45,131 nucleotides of DNA. Source: Candidatus Thorarchaeota archaeon. GTDB lineage: Archaea; Asgardarchaeota; Thorarchaeia; Thorarchaeales; Thorarchaeaceae. The notes beneath the pieces were generated by a model. That model did not search any database and had not been told where the DNA came from. It saw nothing but the letters and a program-made list of their open reading frames with translations. How positions within the stretch are numbered: position 1 is the stretch's first letter; each line of letters opens with the position of its first letter. The position numbers and the translations under genes are program-made. Shown one piece after another: positions 35,226 to 44,740 of this stretch. The stretch covers positions 1-45,131 of the forward strand of contig JAEORO010000217.1 of assembly GCA_016840855.1 (NCBI GenBank), in the 5' to 3' direction.

Positions 35226-35483
35226 CTAGTCTAACATAAAATCTGGCGGAAATCGAGTGAAATAGACAATGACAATAGCAAGGATAATTCCACCTAAGAT
35301 TAACCCCCGACCCGTTGTCTTTCCAACCTTGACTCCTACAAACAACATTATTGCTCCAATAAGAACAACAAGAAATGAGGATGCAGTTCCTATGAATAAT
35401 AGAAACTCCCAAATCTCTCTAAAATAACCTCCAATTAGTTTCGCGAATTCTTCCAAAGGACTCAGCAAGAAGTCGAAGATCAT
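35226..35483 (-). CDS. Small two-TM membrane protein
   Basis: 85-aa ORF with an amphipathic N-terminus and two hydrophobic helices separated by KVGKTTGRG. Confidence 0.7.
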   Translation of the reverse strand: MIFDFLLSPLEEFAKLIGGYFREIWEFLLFIGTASSFLVVLIGAIMLFVGVKVGKTTGRGLILGGIILAIVIVYFTRFPPDFMLD

Positions 35484-35618
35484 GGTTTTCCATACAATTA
35501 TCCATAGCTTCCATAATATACAGTCAATACTAAATGATGCTAATTCTGGCTACTTTTTTTGAAAACTCACTATCATCTTTTTGAATGGAAGGGCGCTCCT
35601 TGCCTTTCCGAACAGTTT

Positions 35619-36182
35619 CTATGTAGTGAGAACTTGTGTTCCCATGATTCGTTGAAGAATGCTTGACAATCCTAATCCAATAAGGAAATAGAAACCATAG
35701 AAACTCAGACCAAAACCTGCCGCAGTTGGTTGTCCGACCAATCCCACAAGGAATGGCAGAACTTTTTGGATGTTGAAGGGAAGGACAACTACAATATCAT
35801 CAATTCCGCCAGTGCTATAGAATCCTCTAAGAATCCCGAATAGAATAAAGAACGGAACCAAGAAGATCAAAGAAGGTTTGCATCTCGTGCTCATCTGTTC
35901 TCGTTGAATTCGATCAATGTAGGCTTTTCTTCTCTTCACCTTCTTCAGAAGCTTTTCATTTTGGGTCTTGTTCGCTTTTTGTTCCATTTCACGGAACTGC
36001 TTGATTTCTAGCTGGTATCGATTTAGCCTACGCATATCCGTGAAACGCTTCATTGCTAAATTACTAAGAGTAGAGATGGACAAGGAAATGAACAGGATAA
36101 ATATTCCTGCCATTGGGGGTTCACGAAAGACTGCGAATGTTGCTGCAAACCAAGCCATGAAATTTCCAATAATGTCCTGCAT
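35619..36182 (-). CDS. DUF106 / EMC3-TMCO1 (Oxa1 superfamily) membrane insertase
   Basis: TM1, cytosolic coiled coil, KP, TM2...TM3 topology, in the conserved position downstream of adk. Confidence 0.88.
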   Translation of the reverse strand: MQDIIGNFMAWFAATFAVFREPPMAGIFILFISLSISTLSNLAMKRFTDMRRLNRYQLEIKQFREMEQKANKTQNEKLLKKVKRRKAYIDRIQREQMSTRCKPSLIFLVPFFILFGILRGFYSTGGIDDIVVVLPFNIQKVLPFLVGLVGQPTAAGFGLSFYGFYFLIGLGLSSILQRIMGTQVLTT

Positions 36183-36188
36183 GTCTTT

Positions 36189-36779
36189 TTACTCCATTAA
36201 GGTGTCTGCAAGTTCTGAAGCTGCTTCTTCAACAAGACCTTCACGGTTCTTGATTATTCTGACGGTTGCTCCTGTGATCGTGCCTACTGCTACTGCAGCA
36301 GCTCTGCACATCTCTTGGTGAATCTGAATATCGATAACCGCCTGAGCGTCTCGTGTTCTAGTTTCATCTCCAACTCTGCGGCTTGCAATTTTCTCTGAGT
36401 CGGCCTCAACAAGAACTACAGTCTTTGGTTTGATAGCACTCGCTACCCATTCTGGAAGACCTATCAAGAACCCATTGTTAGTTTGGATAAGAGTATGAGT
36501 ATCTACAATGACTTTAGCTGTTTTTGCCTTCTTGGCAATAGCAACTCCAGCTTTCCTTTGATTCTCTCTTTGAATTGAAGTGGGTAATTTCCGCATCTCA
36601 TCACGGGTCTTTACTTGTCCCGCCTTTGTAGCGATCTCGAACATTTCTGTTCCTAAGTTTAAAACAAGAACTTCCTCGCCATGTTTCTCTTTGACCTGAT
36701 CAACTGCTGCATTGATAACAGTTGTTTTCCCAACTCCTGGGATTCCAGTCACAATAACAACATTCCGCGACTCAGTCAA
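36189..36779 (-). CDS. adkA: Adenylate kinase (archaeal type)
   Basis: TGIPGVGKTT, RDEMRKL, VDTH, GLP and RTRD; TTG start after GGTGA. Confidence 0.95.
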   Translation of the reverse strand: MTESRNVVIVTGIPGVGKTTVINAAVDQVKEKHGEEVLVLNLGTEMFEIATKAGQVKTRDEMRKLPTSIQRENQRKAGVAIAKKAKTAKVIVDTHTLIQTNNGFLIGLPEWVASAIKPKTVVLVEADSEKIASRRVGDETRTRDAQAVIDIQIHQEMCRAAAVAVGTITGATVRIIKNREGLVEEAASELADTLME

Positions 36780-36865
36780 GGTTGTTTCACCGTGTTCTGA
36801 AGATAGGCGCTGCGTTGGATGAACCAGTTATAATTCCTTCTGTACATCTGAGTTTTTTGGATTTC

Positions 36866-37840
36866 CTAGGAAAGTAAACGTTTCAATGTCCTACAAACAA
36901 CTAGATTCACCCAAAGGTTCTGGCTTCTGTCGCCGCCTCCTCGCACAAGCTTCAGGTTCCAGAGACCATGGGATTTTTGCTTCTCGATGAACCAATCCAC
37001 TCCCTCTTGTATCTGTGGATGCTCCACTGACAGACCCAACTTTGATAGAGTATCGAGAGCGGAAAGAAGGTCTGTAAACCAAAAGGGGAATGAGAACCGG
37101 GTCCAATACTCTGGAGCTTTTCTATCTGAGTAACTATCAGCCTTGAAGATGCTTGAAGCTAGTAGTTCGGCTGCTTTCCTCACATACAGCTGTTCTTTAT
37201 ATTTGGGATGAGCTGCGAAGGCACGAAGAACAACGCCAGTCACCATGTGTGAATACGGCTTATTCTTAATTGGCGGAACTGGTTCTGAATGGACCATACA
37301 CTCTTTGATACTAAGATTAAAAGACCTAAACGGGATAGCCCATGCTCCATCATCCTGACGGATTGACAGCAACCACTCAAGTCCCAATTTTATACGACTG
37401 TCCTTATGATATCCCGCTTTGATTAGCAGCTCCATGAACGCTGCTGAATAGTTTGGTGTGTATTGGTTCCAGTATACTCCCCGAAAATCTCCTTCTTCAG
37501 TCTGGCACTCAAACATGAATTCTGCCGCGCGCTCGATAGCTGGATGCGCTCTGTCTAAAAGATACTTCTCAACCAGTATGGCGAGGTTTCTGAAGGTTTC
37601 CACTTGATCATACCCCTTGCTTGACCTGATGTCTAATTTTGGATTTGGGTACCGCCAAGAACCATTTGCTTGTTGTTTACTGAGTAGTCTTTTAGCTTCC
37701 TTCAATTCCCATAGATGCTTTGCTGAACCTAGATTTTCATCAAAGAGATCACAAGAGACTTGGAATCTTATTGCTTCGTTTGATGCTGATCCTAGCAAGG
37801 GAATTGGGTCATATGTGAGCTTACTCCTCCAATTGTCCAT
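36866..37840 (-). CDS. Prenyltransferase/squalene-cyclase-repeat (alpha/alpha toroid) protein
   Basis: QW-like repeats QQANGSW, QTEEGDF, RQDDGAW and QKSHGLW. Start ATG 37840 after AAGGAG. Confidence 0.75.
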   Translation of the reverse strand: MDNWRSKLTYDPIPLLGSASNEAIRFQVSCDLFDENLGSAKHLWELKEAKRLLSKQQANGSWRYPNPKLDIRSSKGYDQVETFRNLAILVEKYLLDRAHPAIERAAEFMFECQTEEGDFRGVYWNQYTPNYSAAFMELLIKAGYHKDSRIKLGLEWLLSIRQDDGAWAIPFRSFNLSIKECMVHSEPVPPIKNKPYSHMVTGVVLRAFAAHPKYKEQLYVRKAAELLASSIFKADSYSDRKAPEYWTRFSFPFWFTDLLSALDTLSKLGLSVEHPQIQEGVDWFIEKQKSHGLWNLKLVRGGGDRSQNLWVNLVVCRTLKRLLS

Positions 37841-37942
37841 GATTGTTCTCTCCTTACTAACTCTCAGTTTTCTTTTCTCTAATAGAACTATGACTCCCAT
37901 CTTAAATTATGTTAGAAAAATATGCTGAGTGGAATAGAATAC

Positions 37943-37965
37943 GAAGGGAGTTGTTGGCTCCCTTC
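37943..37965 (-). terminator. Hairpin directly downstream of secY
   Basis: Perfect 8-bp inverted repeat GAAGGGAG-N7-CTCCCTTC about 10 nt after the stop, followed by T-rich sequence. Confidence 0.45.
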
Positions 37966-37974
37966 TATTTCTGC

Positions 37975-39480
37975 CTAAATTATTCCCAGGAGTCCAGCTA
38001 CACCCTCGCCGCCCATTCCTGCGAGTTGTTCTTTTGCAATTTGTTCATAGTACTGTTTAATGATTGAAACCATAAGCAAAATTCCGGTTCCACTTGCAAG
38101 CGCTCCCATGATGTCTGCGGCTGCAGCAAGTATTCCTATCAGGAAACCTCCTAGCCCAGCTACTATTGGAATATAACGTTCAAGCAGTCTTTCAAGCACT
38201 TTCTCACTGGTTCGAAATCCTGGAATGATGTACCCTGAGTTGAGCAATTGCCGTGACACGTCTCTCGGTGCAATACCTGAGATGTCCACCCAGATTTTAC
38301 TGAAACCCCAACAGAGTATAATCATTAATGCTGCGTAAATGAAGATATGCAACCATCCTTCCATGCCTTCTTCAATAAGACGGAATATCCCCTGAGGCGG
38401 CGTGATATATTTCGCCAGTCCTTGTGTAGCAATCATTCGTCCGCTCTGTGGATCGCGTTCAAAAACACCTATCCAGCTCAAGAAGGGATTATCTCCTTCA
38501 GGGTTGAATGCTCCAGAAATTATCTGACCAAAGAACAGGATGTTGGCATAAAGGGCTTGGGCTAAAATAACAGGGATATTTGAGGTGTAGAGTAGTTTGA
38601 TTGGATATCTCGCTTTCATTCCTCGATACTTGGCATACTGAAGTGGAATCTCCACTCTGACTGACTCCATCCATATCACTGCAAAGAAGATAACGAATGT
38701 GACAGACAGCGACAGTATACTGGGGTCGTACCCATTCCTTACCAAGAACCAGCCCCATTCTACAGGAGGTCCCTGTGTAGTGCCGATTCCAGCATATCTG
38801 AGGAGGTTGCTGAATAGAGCAGCGATGATTCCTTTTGGTAGTTTCGTTTCACCACCGGGGTAACCATCTGGCGCTGCAGCTTCAGCATCAATGAAGTTCA
38901 ATGAGTTGAATAGCACTTGACCTGCAACATTGGTCATGATGAAGAGTGACACACCAGAACCAAGACCCCAGCCTTTCTGTACCAGCTCATCCATCAGGAT
39001 TACGATGAGTCCTGCCATGAACAATTGTAGGAACACCAATACTGCTTCGTTGGGCTGTAGCTCACCATAAGCTTGTCCCATGATGTAAGCAATCGCCTGG
39101 AAGGCAGTCATGATCATAGCGATGGCTTTCTGTCCTCCAGTGAATAGTGCTCTGTCCTCTGGGTCTCCGAAATCTACATTGATGATCTTTGAACCTGAAA
39201 GTAGTTGCATGACCAGTCCTGCAGTGACAATAGGTCCGATACCAAGCTCCATCAAGGTACCACGCGTACTAGCAAGAATAACTCGCATCGCCCAGAGATA
39301 GTCTGTTCCCACTCCCTTGTCAACACCATAAAGTGGCATGTGCGACATGATCAGGAATATTATGAGTATAATCGCAGTCCAAACGAACTTCTCACGAAAC
39401 GAAACCTCTCTGTCAGGCGTTTTGACTTCAGGCATTATCCGTACAAGGGGGGATAATGCTTTGAGGAACCTACTGGTCAT
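37975..39480 (-). CDS. secY: Preprotein translocase subunit SecY/Sec61alpha
   Basis: GTLMELGIGPIVTAG, KGWGLGSGVSLFI, YPIKLLYTSNIP, IPGFR and GTGILL. Confidence 0.98.
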   Translation of the reverse strand: MTSRFLKALSPLVRIMPEVKTPDREVSFREKFVWTAIILIIFLIMSHMPLYGVDKGVGTDYLWAMRVILASTRGTLMELGIGPIVTAGLVMQLLSGSKIINVDFGDPEDRALFTGGQKAIAMIMTAFQAIAYIMGQAYGELQPNEAVLVFLQLFMAGLIVILMDELVQKGWGLGSGVSLFIMTNVAGQVLFNSLNFIDAEAAAPDGYPGGETKLPKGIIAALFSNLLRYAGIGTTQGPPVEWGWFLVRNGYDPSILSLSVTFVIFFAVIWMESVRVEIPLQYAKYRGMKARYPIKLLYTSNIPVILAQALYANILFFGQIISGAFNPEGDNPFLSWIGVFERDPQSGRMIATQGLAKYITPPQGIFRLIEEGMEGWLHIFIYAALMIILCWGFSKIWVDISGIAPRDVSRQLLNSGYIIPGFRTSEKVLERLLERYIPIVAGLGGFLIGILAAAADIMGALASGTGILLMVSIIKQYYEQIAKEQLAGMGGEGVAGLLGII

Positions 39481-39549
39481 TCACATTTGTCTCCTGCAGA
39501 GGTGTTTTGGGGTCCAATTGGAGTGTCCCTTTAAAGCTTTCCAGACAGA

Positions 39550-39999
39550 TTATTCCGCTGGAAGATCAATGGTACCTCCAACACCCGCGATTTTTTCCCG
39601 AGCCCTGGAAGTGATTGCTTTGACACCTACTAGATTCAGTTTTCTTGTCACTTTTCCAGAGCCCAAAATTCTATCAATACCAAGTTTTGACACATCAATA
39701 TTGTACTTCTTTCCAGTCATTGATGCGACACCTTGTTCAACGAGTCTGTCTGCAGCCTCATCAATATCCCCGATGTTAACTGCTACAAGGTTATCAACGA
39801 CTTTTTGAGGTCGCTTAAAGCCCCACTTTCCGAAGTATCTTGGATTTTCTTGCATGACCTTGATGTAGTGATGTTTCTCGGAGCCTGCCATACCCTTGCC
39901 CCCACGTTGACCTGCTGCTCTATGACCTTTTGTCCGTCCATATCCAGCAGATCGGACGCCTCTCATCTTGTTGATCCTTTTCGACTTTCTTTTCTGCAT
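39550..39999 (-). CDS. rpl15: 50S ribosomal protein uL15
   Basis: RGVRSAGYG...GQRGGKGMAG, FGKWGF, VNIG, ILGSG and AREKI. Confidence 0.96.
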   Translation of the reverse strand: MQKRKSKRINKMRGVRSAGYGRTKGHRAAGQRGGKGMAGSEKHHYIKVMQENPRYFGKWGFKRPQKVVDNLVAVNIGDIDEAADRLVEQGVASMTGKKYNIDVSKLGIDRILGSGKVTRKLNLVGVKAITSRAREKIAGVGGTIDLPAE

Positions 40000-40013
40000 C
40001 TTCTATCTTCCTT

Positions 40014-40547
40014 CTATTCCTTCTTGAGGCGCACTTCTAATACACCATTTCTAATTGCTGATTTTGCCTCTTCTTTCTTGACTTTCGTTGGAAGCTCGAT
40101 TACCTTGTGATATGGTCTCTGAGAATTATCTGCATGTATTGTAAGGGCGGTTCCCTTGATTCTTACTTTGATCTCATCTTTCTCAACGCCAGGCACTTCA
40201 GCGACTACAATTATCTCATCGTTCTCCTCGACAACATCCACAAGCGGCTCTAGACTCGAAGCTGACTCAGCTCCTTCATCTATTGGAGGATTACCAAAAC
40301 GCTGAATTATTGGCTTTCCATCGGGACCAACTTTCATTGAGAACCCGAATACAAATGGGTTTGTCCCTTCTGAGTTTCTGAGCATCTCTTCAAATGCCTC
40401 ACTATCGAACAAAGTCCCTTGATTCATATCATTCATCATTCGGTCCATCATCTCTTCGATTTGACGGAATAGCTCCTCTGGTAGGAAATCGCCTAACCAA
40501 CGCCTGAGTTTCCTTCGAGTCTCATCATCTCTATCGTCCCACGACAT
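40014..40547 (-). CDS. hsp20: Archaeal small heat shock protein Hsp20
   Basis: PFVFGFSMKVGPDGKPIIQRFGN, EPLVDV, AEVPGV and NGVLEVRL. ATG 40547 after a GAGGTGA SD. Confidence 0.93.
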   Translation of the reverse strand: MSWDDRDDETRRKLRRWLGDFLPEELFRQIEEMMDRMMNDMNQGTLFDSEAFEEMLRNSEGTNPFVFGFSMKVGPDGKPIIQRFGNPPIDEGAESASSLEPLVDVVEENDEIIVVAEVPGVEKDEIKVRIKGTALTIHADNSQRPYHKVIELPTKVKKEEAKSAIRNGVLEVRLKKE

Positions 40548-40557
40548 TTGTATCACC

Positions 40558-41040
40558 TCATATCATACGTAGCGCAAGACCGTTAATGTCTTCCCCACGG
40601 TATCCTGTTATACCTCCCATTCCAATACCAAGTTTCTTCTTTCCCTTGTATCCACCTGTGGGCGGAGTCAACCTGAATACCGGCTTTAGTCCATCTACGT
40701 CCCTTACATCTGCTTCACCAGACGTAATTGCTTTGGCTAGAGCTTTGACACTACTATACTTCGAATTCTTTTTCACATAACTGTCAGTTAATCTTTCATT
40801 TCCAGGCACTCTACCTCTCTTTGAAAGAAGCTTCTCGATGACCTCTCCAGTGGGCTCTCCCCAAATGATGTAATCCTTTGCTTTTGTGATCATGCCTTGA
40901 AGACTTGGAGAAACCTTCAGTAGCCTCGCTTGATGTAGTCTTCCAAGTAGGAGTTTATCTAGTGTGTCCTCAATCTCAGGTCTCACTCTGACTCCTCCTC
41001 TCACACGAATTGCCAGCATAATCTTGTCCGTTTCACTCAT
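40558..41040 (-). CDS. rpl30: 50S ribosomal protein uL30
   Basis: AIRVRG, KDYIIWGE, PVFRLTPPTGG and GYRGEDIN. Confidence 0.96.
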   Translation of the reverse strand: MSETDKIMLAIRVRGGVRVRPEIEDTLDKLLLGRLHQARLLKVSPSLQGMITKAKDYIIWGEPTGEVIEKLLSKRGRVPGNERLTDSYVKKNSKYSSVKALAKAITSGEADVRDVDGLKPVFRLTPPTGGYKGKKKLGIGMGGITGYRGEDINGLALRMI

Positions 41041-41714
41041 ATCTCAGCCACTCCTGTTGTACCCCACTCCTGAGGTGGAAGCATTCTGTAGGTCTGTATC
41101 AAAGCATCAACAAAGGCTTTTGCGAAGTTAGATGAGGTCCTGGACCGTCCCTTTGTAATTGACCAGACATCATTAAGTCCAGCAATTCTGAGGACTATCT
41201 TTCCAACATCAGCTGTGACAAGGCCTGTCCCTTTTGGTGCAGGTCTGAGAGTTACTGATACTGAACCTGAAGCTCCATTCACTTGGAACGGGATGCTATG
41301 AGGGTCATGGCACCTACATTCCCATGAACCACACCCTCTTCGGAACATTGTGATATTCAATTTGGCTCTTGATTCAGCGGCTCGCACAGCTGGAACAAAC
41401 TCTGGTGCTTTACCCACACCAATCCCAAGGACTCCTTCACCATTCCCAACTATTACCGTGATTCTAAAGCTCTTCTGCTGACCACTGTCTGACTGTCTTT
41501 GTACAAGAGTTACATCTACCACTTCTTGACGAAGATCTGGAAACAATGCATCAACAATCTCAGGCTCTCTAATCCGATAGTTGTTTTGCATAATCTCTTC
41601 TATAGAGTTGATATGCCCCTCTTTCACAAGCCTACCAAGTTTTGTCTTGGGGATCCATTCATCTAATGGATTGATTTCAGCACGTGGTTGTCTTCTTTTT
41701 CTTTGTTTACTCAT
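41037..41714 (-). CDS. rps5: 30S ribosomal protein uS5
   Basis: WIPKTKLGRLV, RRGCGSWEC, PAPKGTGLV and NFAKA. Confidence 0.97.
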   Translation of the reverse strand: MSKQRKRRQPRAEINPLDEWIPKTKLGRLVKEGHINSIEEIMQNNYRIREPEIVDALFPDLRQEVVDVTLVQRQSDSGQQKSFRITVIVGNGEGVLGIGVGKAPEFVPAVRAAESRAKLNITMFRRGCGSWECRCHDPHSIPFQVNGASGSVSVTLRPAPKGTGLVTADVGKIVLRIAGLNDVWSITKGRSRTSSNFAKAFVDALIQTYRMLPPQEWGTTGVAEI

Positions 41715-41727
41715 CACATATCATCCC

Positions 41728-42486
41728 CTATGTACTAGCCTTCTTACCTTTCTTGCCTTTTCCTCTAGCGATAAGCTTCTTTGGCTTCGGTTTTCGAGGT
41801 ATGGCTCGAGGAGGTTTGGCTTCGGACTTCTCTCTCTTAGGCTTCTTTGCCTTTGGTTTCTCAGCAGCTGCCTTCTTTGCAGGTGCTTTCGCCTTCTTTT
41901 TCTTCAGTTGTGCAGCTGGAATATCTTCGAGAGCTTTCTTGACTGTTGCCACTTTCTTGGGAATAGTCGTTACATTCGTCTTCTTCTTTCCCAAATCACT
42001 GAACATTGATGATTTATCACCAAAATGCTCGTAAGCTGACACGATGTGTTCACCAGTGATTCTTGCTTCCTCAGGTAGAACCTCAGAATTATGAGGCACA
42101 TCAAGACCAGCATCAAGTGCTCCTTTTAGTGCTGCATATATCCTGGAACCTTTGACTGGTGGATTCAGACCCACATCTAATACAGCTTCTTTCACACCTT
42201 GGCTCTTAGCTCGTAGACCTGCTAAGAACCCAGTCAGATAAGCTGCTGGGACATTACCTGTGCCAGCAGTCCATCCATGTTTTCCAAGCTCTGTTGAGAC
42301 CGCAGAAGCCACCGTTGAATCACCGACGACGGAGGCATTGACAATCTGAACTATTGTGTTGGTATTGGTCTTTCTTACGACCAGTCTTGGGTTTCTGGAG
42401 AGTAACAACCTTCTACGACGATAGTAGTTGGTTTTTCCTTCTCTTCTTCGTCGAAACTTTACTCTATATGTTGGACCCTGAGCCAT
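41728..42486 (-). CDS. rpl18: 50S ribosomal protein uL18 with Lys/Ala/Pro-rich C-terminal extension
   Basis: [25 protein letters not shown] and [10 protein letters not shown]. Confidence 0.96.
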   Translation of the reverse strand: MAQGPTYRVKFRRRREGKTNYYRRRRLLLSRNPRLVVRKTNTNTIVQIVNASVVGDSTVASAVSTELGKHGWTAGTGNVPAAYLTGFLAGLRAKSQGVKEAVLDVGLNPPVKGSRIYAALKGALDAGLDVPHNSEVLPEEARITGEHIVSAYEHFGDKSSMFSDLGKKKTNVTTIPKKVATVKKALEDIPAAQLKKKKAKAPAKKAAAEKPKAKKPKREKSEAKPPRAIPRKPKPKKLIARGKGKKGKKAST

Positions 42487-42932
42487 TATTTGGACAGCCT
42501 CCGTTCTGAAATGTAAGTTCTAAGATGAGCAGTGTTTCGGAATGCGTTACCTTTTGCCTTAAGATACAGTTCTCTATAGACTCTTGGTGAAATCTTACCC
42601 TCACTCCGAAGTTTTCGAAGTTCCTTCCGCATAGGACGAATCTTCATCATCCATCGATCTTTACCACTCAACTTAGATGTTGACTTTCCTTTCTTAGTTC
42701 CTGAACCTACTCTCTGACCTTTCCGTTTCTGACGAAGATTATGTCGCGCACGACCCCTACTAACACCACGAATTGGTTTCTTCTGAATGGCACCTTCATC
42801 AACTAGACGTCTAATATCATCCCTAGTTATTGCTAGGCTAATCTCATCTTCGAACTGAGGGTCCATCCAGACGCGTGTTTCGCCACACTTCATAACATCT
42901 GCGGCTAGTCTTTTTTGAGTGCTAAGTTTCAT
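42486..42932 (-). CDS. rpl19e: 50S ribosomal protein eL19
   Basis: [26 protein letters not shown] and YLKAKG. Confidence 0.97.
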   Translation of the reverse strand: MKLSTQKRLAADVMKCGETRVWMDPQFEDEISLAITRDDIRRLVDEGAIQKKPIRGVSRGRARHNLRQKRKGQRVGSGTKKGKSTSKLSGKDRWMMKIRPMRKELRKLRSEGKISPRVYRELYLKAKGNAFRNTAHLRTYISERRLSK

Positions 42933-42934
42933 TA

Positions 42935-43741
42935 CTAATCCACCTCCAATTCAAGGTCTGTGAAGAGATCTTCCTCTTCAACTTCTTCTCCTCGTCCAGG
43001 ATTGAGAACTCTCAGGAGTTTTGCATCTGCTGCAGTAATGATTTCTTGACGTTTCCTGAATCCTACCGTAGAGGCAATTCGAATTGCATGCACTTCTGGG
43101 TCTAATTCTTCTAAGTCGGATGGCTTATGGACCCTCACCTCAATATAGAGAGATGGATGGAGGTCTCTCACAGCTTTTGGTGTTCGATAACCTGTAGAAA
43201 CCATCGCCACGCGTCCTTTCCGATTTTGGCGTGTTGCACTATCAATTCCTTTGGGCCTTCGCCAAGAGCTTCTTACTCTAGTCCATCTATGAGCAAGCTC
43301 ATGATCGAAACTAGGTTTGCGTTTCTTTTTCTCCCTAGCAATCTTTAGTATACGCTGGTCAGTGTTCTGTACTCTGAGAGGTGCCTCGTACTTTGGTTTC
43401 TTTTTGGGAGCGGCTTTCTTTTTCTTCGGTTTTTCCTCTTTAGCTTCCTTTGGTTTTTCTTTCTTAGGAGTAACTTTCTTTTCTGACTTTGGTTCAGCCT
43501 TCTTTGTTGGCTTTTTCTCTTTAACTGCCTTCTTCTTGGGAGCAGCATCTGGAAGCATCGCCTGTGCAGCTTCTATTATTTTTGCAGCGCTGTTTTCACT
43601 TAAACCATCTACTTTTTCGGCGAGTTTGTTAGCCTTTGCACGGGACATGCTCAACACCGTTTTGATACCCGCCTCTTTGAGCTTCTCCTCTAGTTTTGGT
43701 CCCACTCCTGGCAGGTCTTTCAGTTCTGGCTTCTTTGACAT
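42935..43741 (-). CDS. rpl32e: 50S ribosomal protein eL32 with N-terminal HhH domain and Lys-rich linker
   Basis: LPGVGPKLEEKLKEAGI (HhH); WRRPKGIDS, GYRTP, LHPS, ASTVG.RKR and VLN (eL32 core). Confidence 0.95.
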   Translation of the reverse strand: MSKKPELKDLPGVGPKLEEKLKEAGIKTVLSMSRAKANKLAEKVDGLSENSAAKIIEAAQAMLPDAAPKKKAVKEKKPTKKAEPKSEKKVTPKKEKPKEAKEEKPKKKKAAPKKKPKYEAPLRVQNTDQRILKIAREKKKRKPSFDHELAHRWTRVRSSWRRPKGIDSATRQNRKGRVAMVSTGYRTPKAVRDLHPSLYIEVRVHKPSDLEELDPEVHAIRIASTVGFRKRQEIITAADAKLLRVLNPGRGEEVEEEDLFTDLELEVD

Positions 43742-43754
43742 ATCATTGGCTCTC

Positions 43755-44321
43755 CTAAACTATTGATTTTGTTACCTCGCCTTTCCTCTTCCTGATTACA
43801 TAGATTCCATCTAGGAAGACTCTTCGATCTTTGTCACGGATTTTGCATGCTTGCTGAATGTTGGCTGCACTCTGTGACACATGGTCAATATTGACCCCAC
43901 TAATGAAGACTTCATCCTCTGTAGTCCTTACCTCAACATCCCCGACGAGACGCGCTTTTCTTACACCTCGCTCCCCGATGAAGTTCTTGATAACTACCAT
44001 ATTGTCCTTTATTTCCACAGTGATTGGAAAGTGACTGTATACGATTTTCATTTCGTATTCATAGCCATGTTGGACACCTAGAAGCATATTACGGACATGT
44101 GCTATCACTGTTCCAACCAGAGCTCTGGATCTTTTCCTATTGATATGTGTAGAAACGACTAACTCATTACCTTCAGTTTGAATCTTAGTTTGAGGCTCTG
44201 GAAAGGATCGTTCCAACGAGCCTTTTGGACCGCTGATTTTGATAGTCTTATCTTCCAAGGAAATCTGGCAATCACTAGGTATCTCAATCCGTTGCTCATA
44301 GACCGCATTTTCAGACATCAT
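43755..44321 (-). CDS. rpl6: 50S ribosomal protein uL6
   Basis: GPKG, HVRNM, YSHFPI, NFIGE and DRRVFLDGIY. Confidence 0.97.
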   Translation of the reverse strand: MMSENAVYEQRIEIPSDCQISLEDKTIKISGPKGSLERSFPEPQTKIQTEGNELVVSTHINRKRSRALVGTVIAHVRNMLLGVQHGYEYEMKIVYSHFPITVEIKDNMVVIKNFIGERGVRKARLVGDVEVRTTEDEVFISGVNIDHVSQSAANIQQACKIRDKDRRVFLDGIYVIRKRKGEVTKSIV

Positions 44322-44330
44322 TAGACCTCC

Positions 44331-44723
44331 TTAATACACATATGCTAGTAGTCTTCCTCCAATCCCGCGTGTCTTGGCATCCTCGTGCGTCATAACACCC
44401 TCTGGGGTCGTGACGATTAGAATACCATAATTGTAGGCTGGAAGAAACCTTTTTTCGAATTTCTCGAAACCATCCCGACGAACAGGGAATCTCGGCTTGA
44501 TTACACCACACTTGTTTGTACGGCCCATGAGTTGTATGCGAAACCTTCCTGCTTTTCCATCATCTATCCGTTCAAACTCTCCGATGTACCCCTTTGCTTG
44601 CATGACTTGCAATACTTTCTCTATCAAGCGTGATGCGGGAGCAATTACCACTTCAGGTTTGCCAACGATCTCGCTGTTGTAGATGTTAGACATTGCATCA
44701 GCCAATGGGTCTAGTAGTGTCAT
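44331..44723 (-). CDS. rps8: 30S ribosomal protein uS8
   Basis: [30 protein letters not shown] and GGRLLAYVY. True start ATG 44723. Confidence 0.97.
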   Translation of the reverse strand: MTLLDPLADAMSNIYNSEIVGKPEVVIAPASRLIEKVLQVMQAKGYIGEFERIDDGKAGRFRIQLMGRTNKCGVIKPRFPVRRDGFEKFEKRFLPAYNYGILIVTTPEGVMTHEDAKTRGIGGRLLAYVY

Positions 44724-44740
44724 TTTTTTGTTAAGCCTCC

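Noticed and set aside
35587-35609. Hairpin GGAAGGGC-N7-GCCTTTCC after DUF106
   Set aside because: On the transcribed minus strand it has an A-C mismatch and no U-tract, too weak to call a terminator.
36866-37840. Rab geranylgeranyl-transferase beta subunit acting on the window's GTPase
   Set aside because: The GTPase has no C-terminal Cys, the genes are over 30 kb apart, and the Zn-ligand motif of protein prenyltransferases is not evident.
41581-43766. Phe-rich plus-strand ORFs (41581-42009, 41684-42034, 43317-43766) and other short antisense ORFs in the track
   Set aside because: These are shadows of Lys-rich or otherwise well-supported genes on the opposite strand or in another frame.
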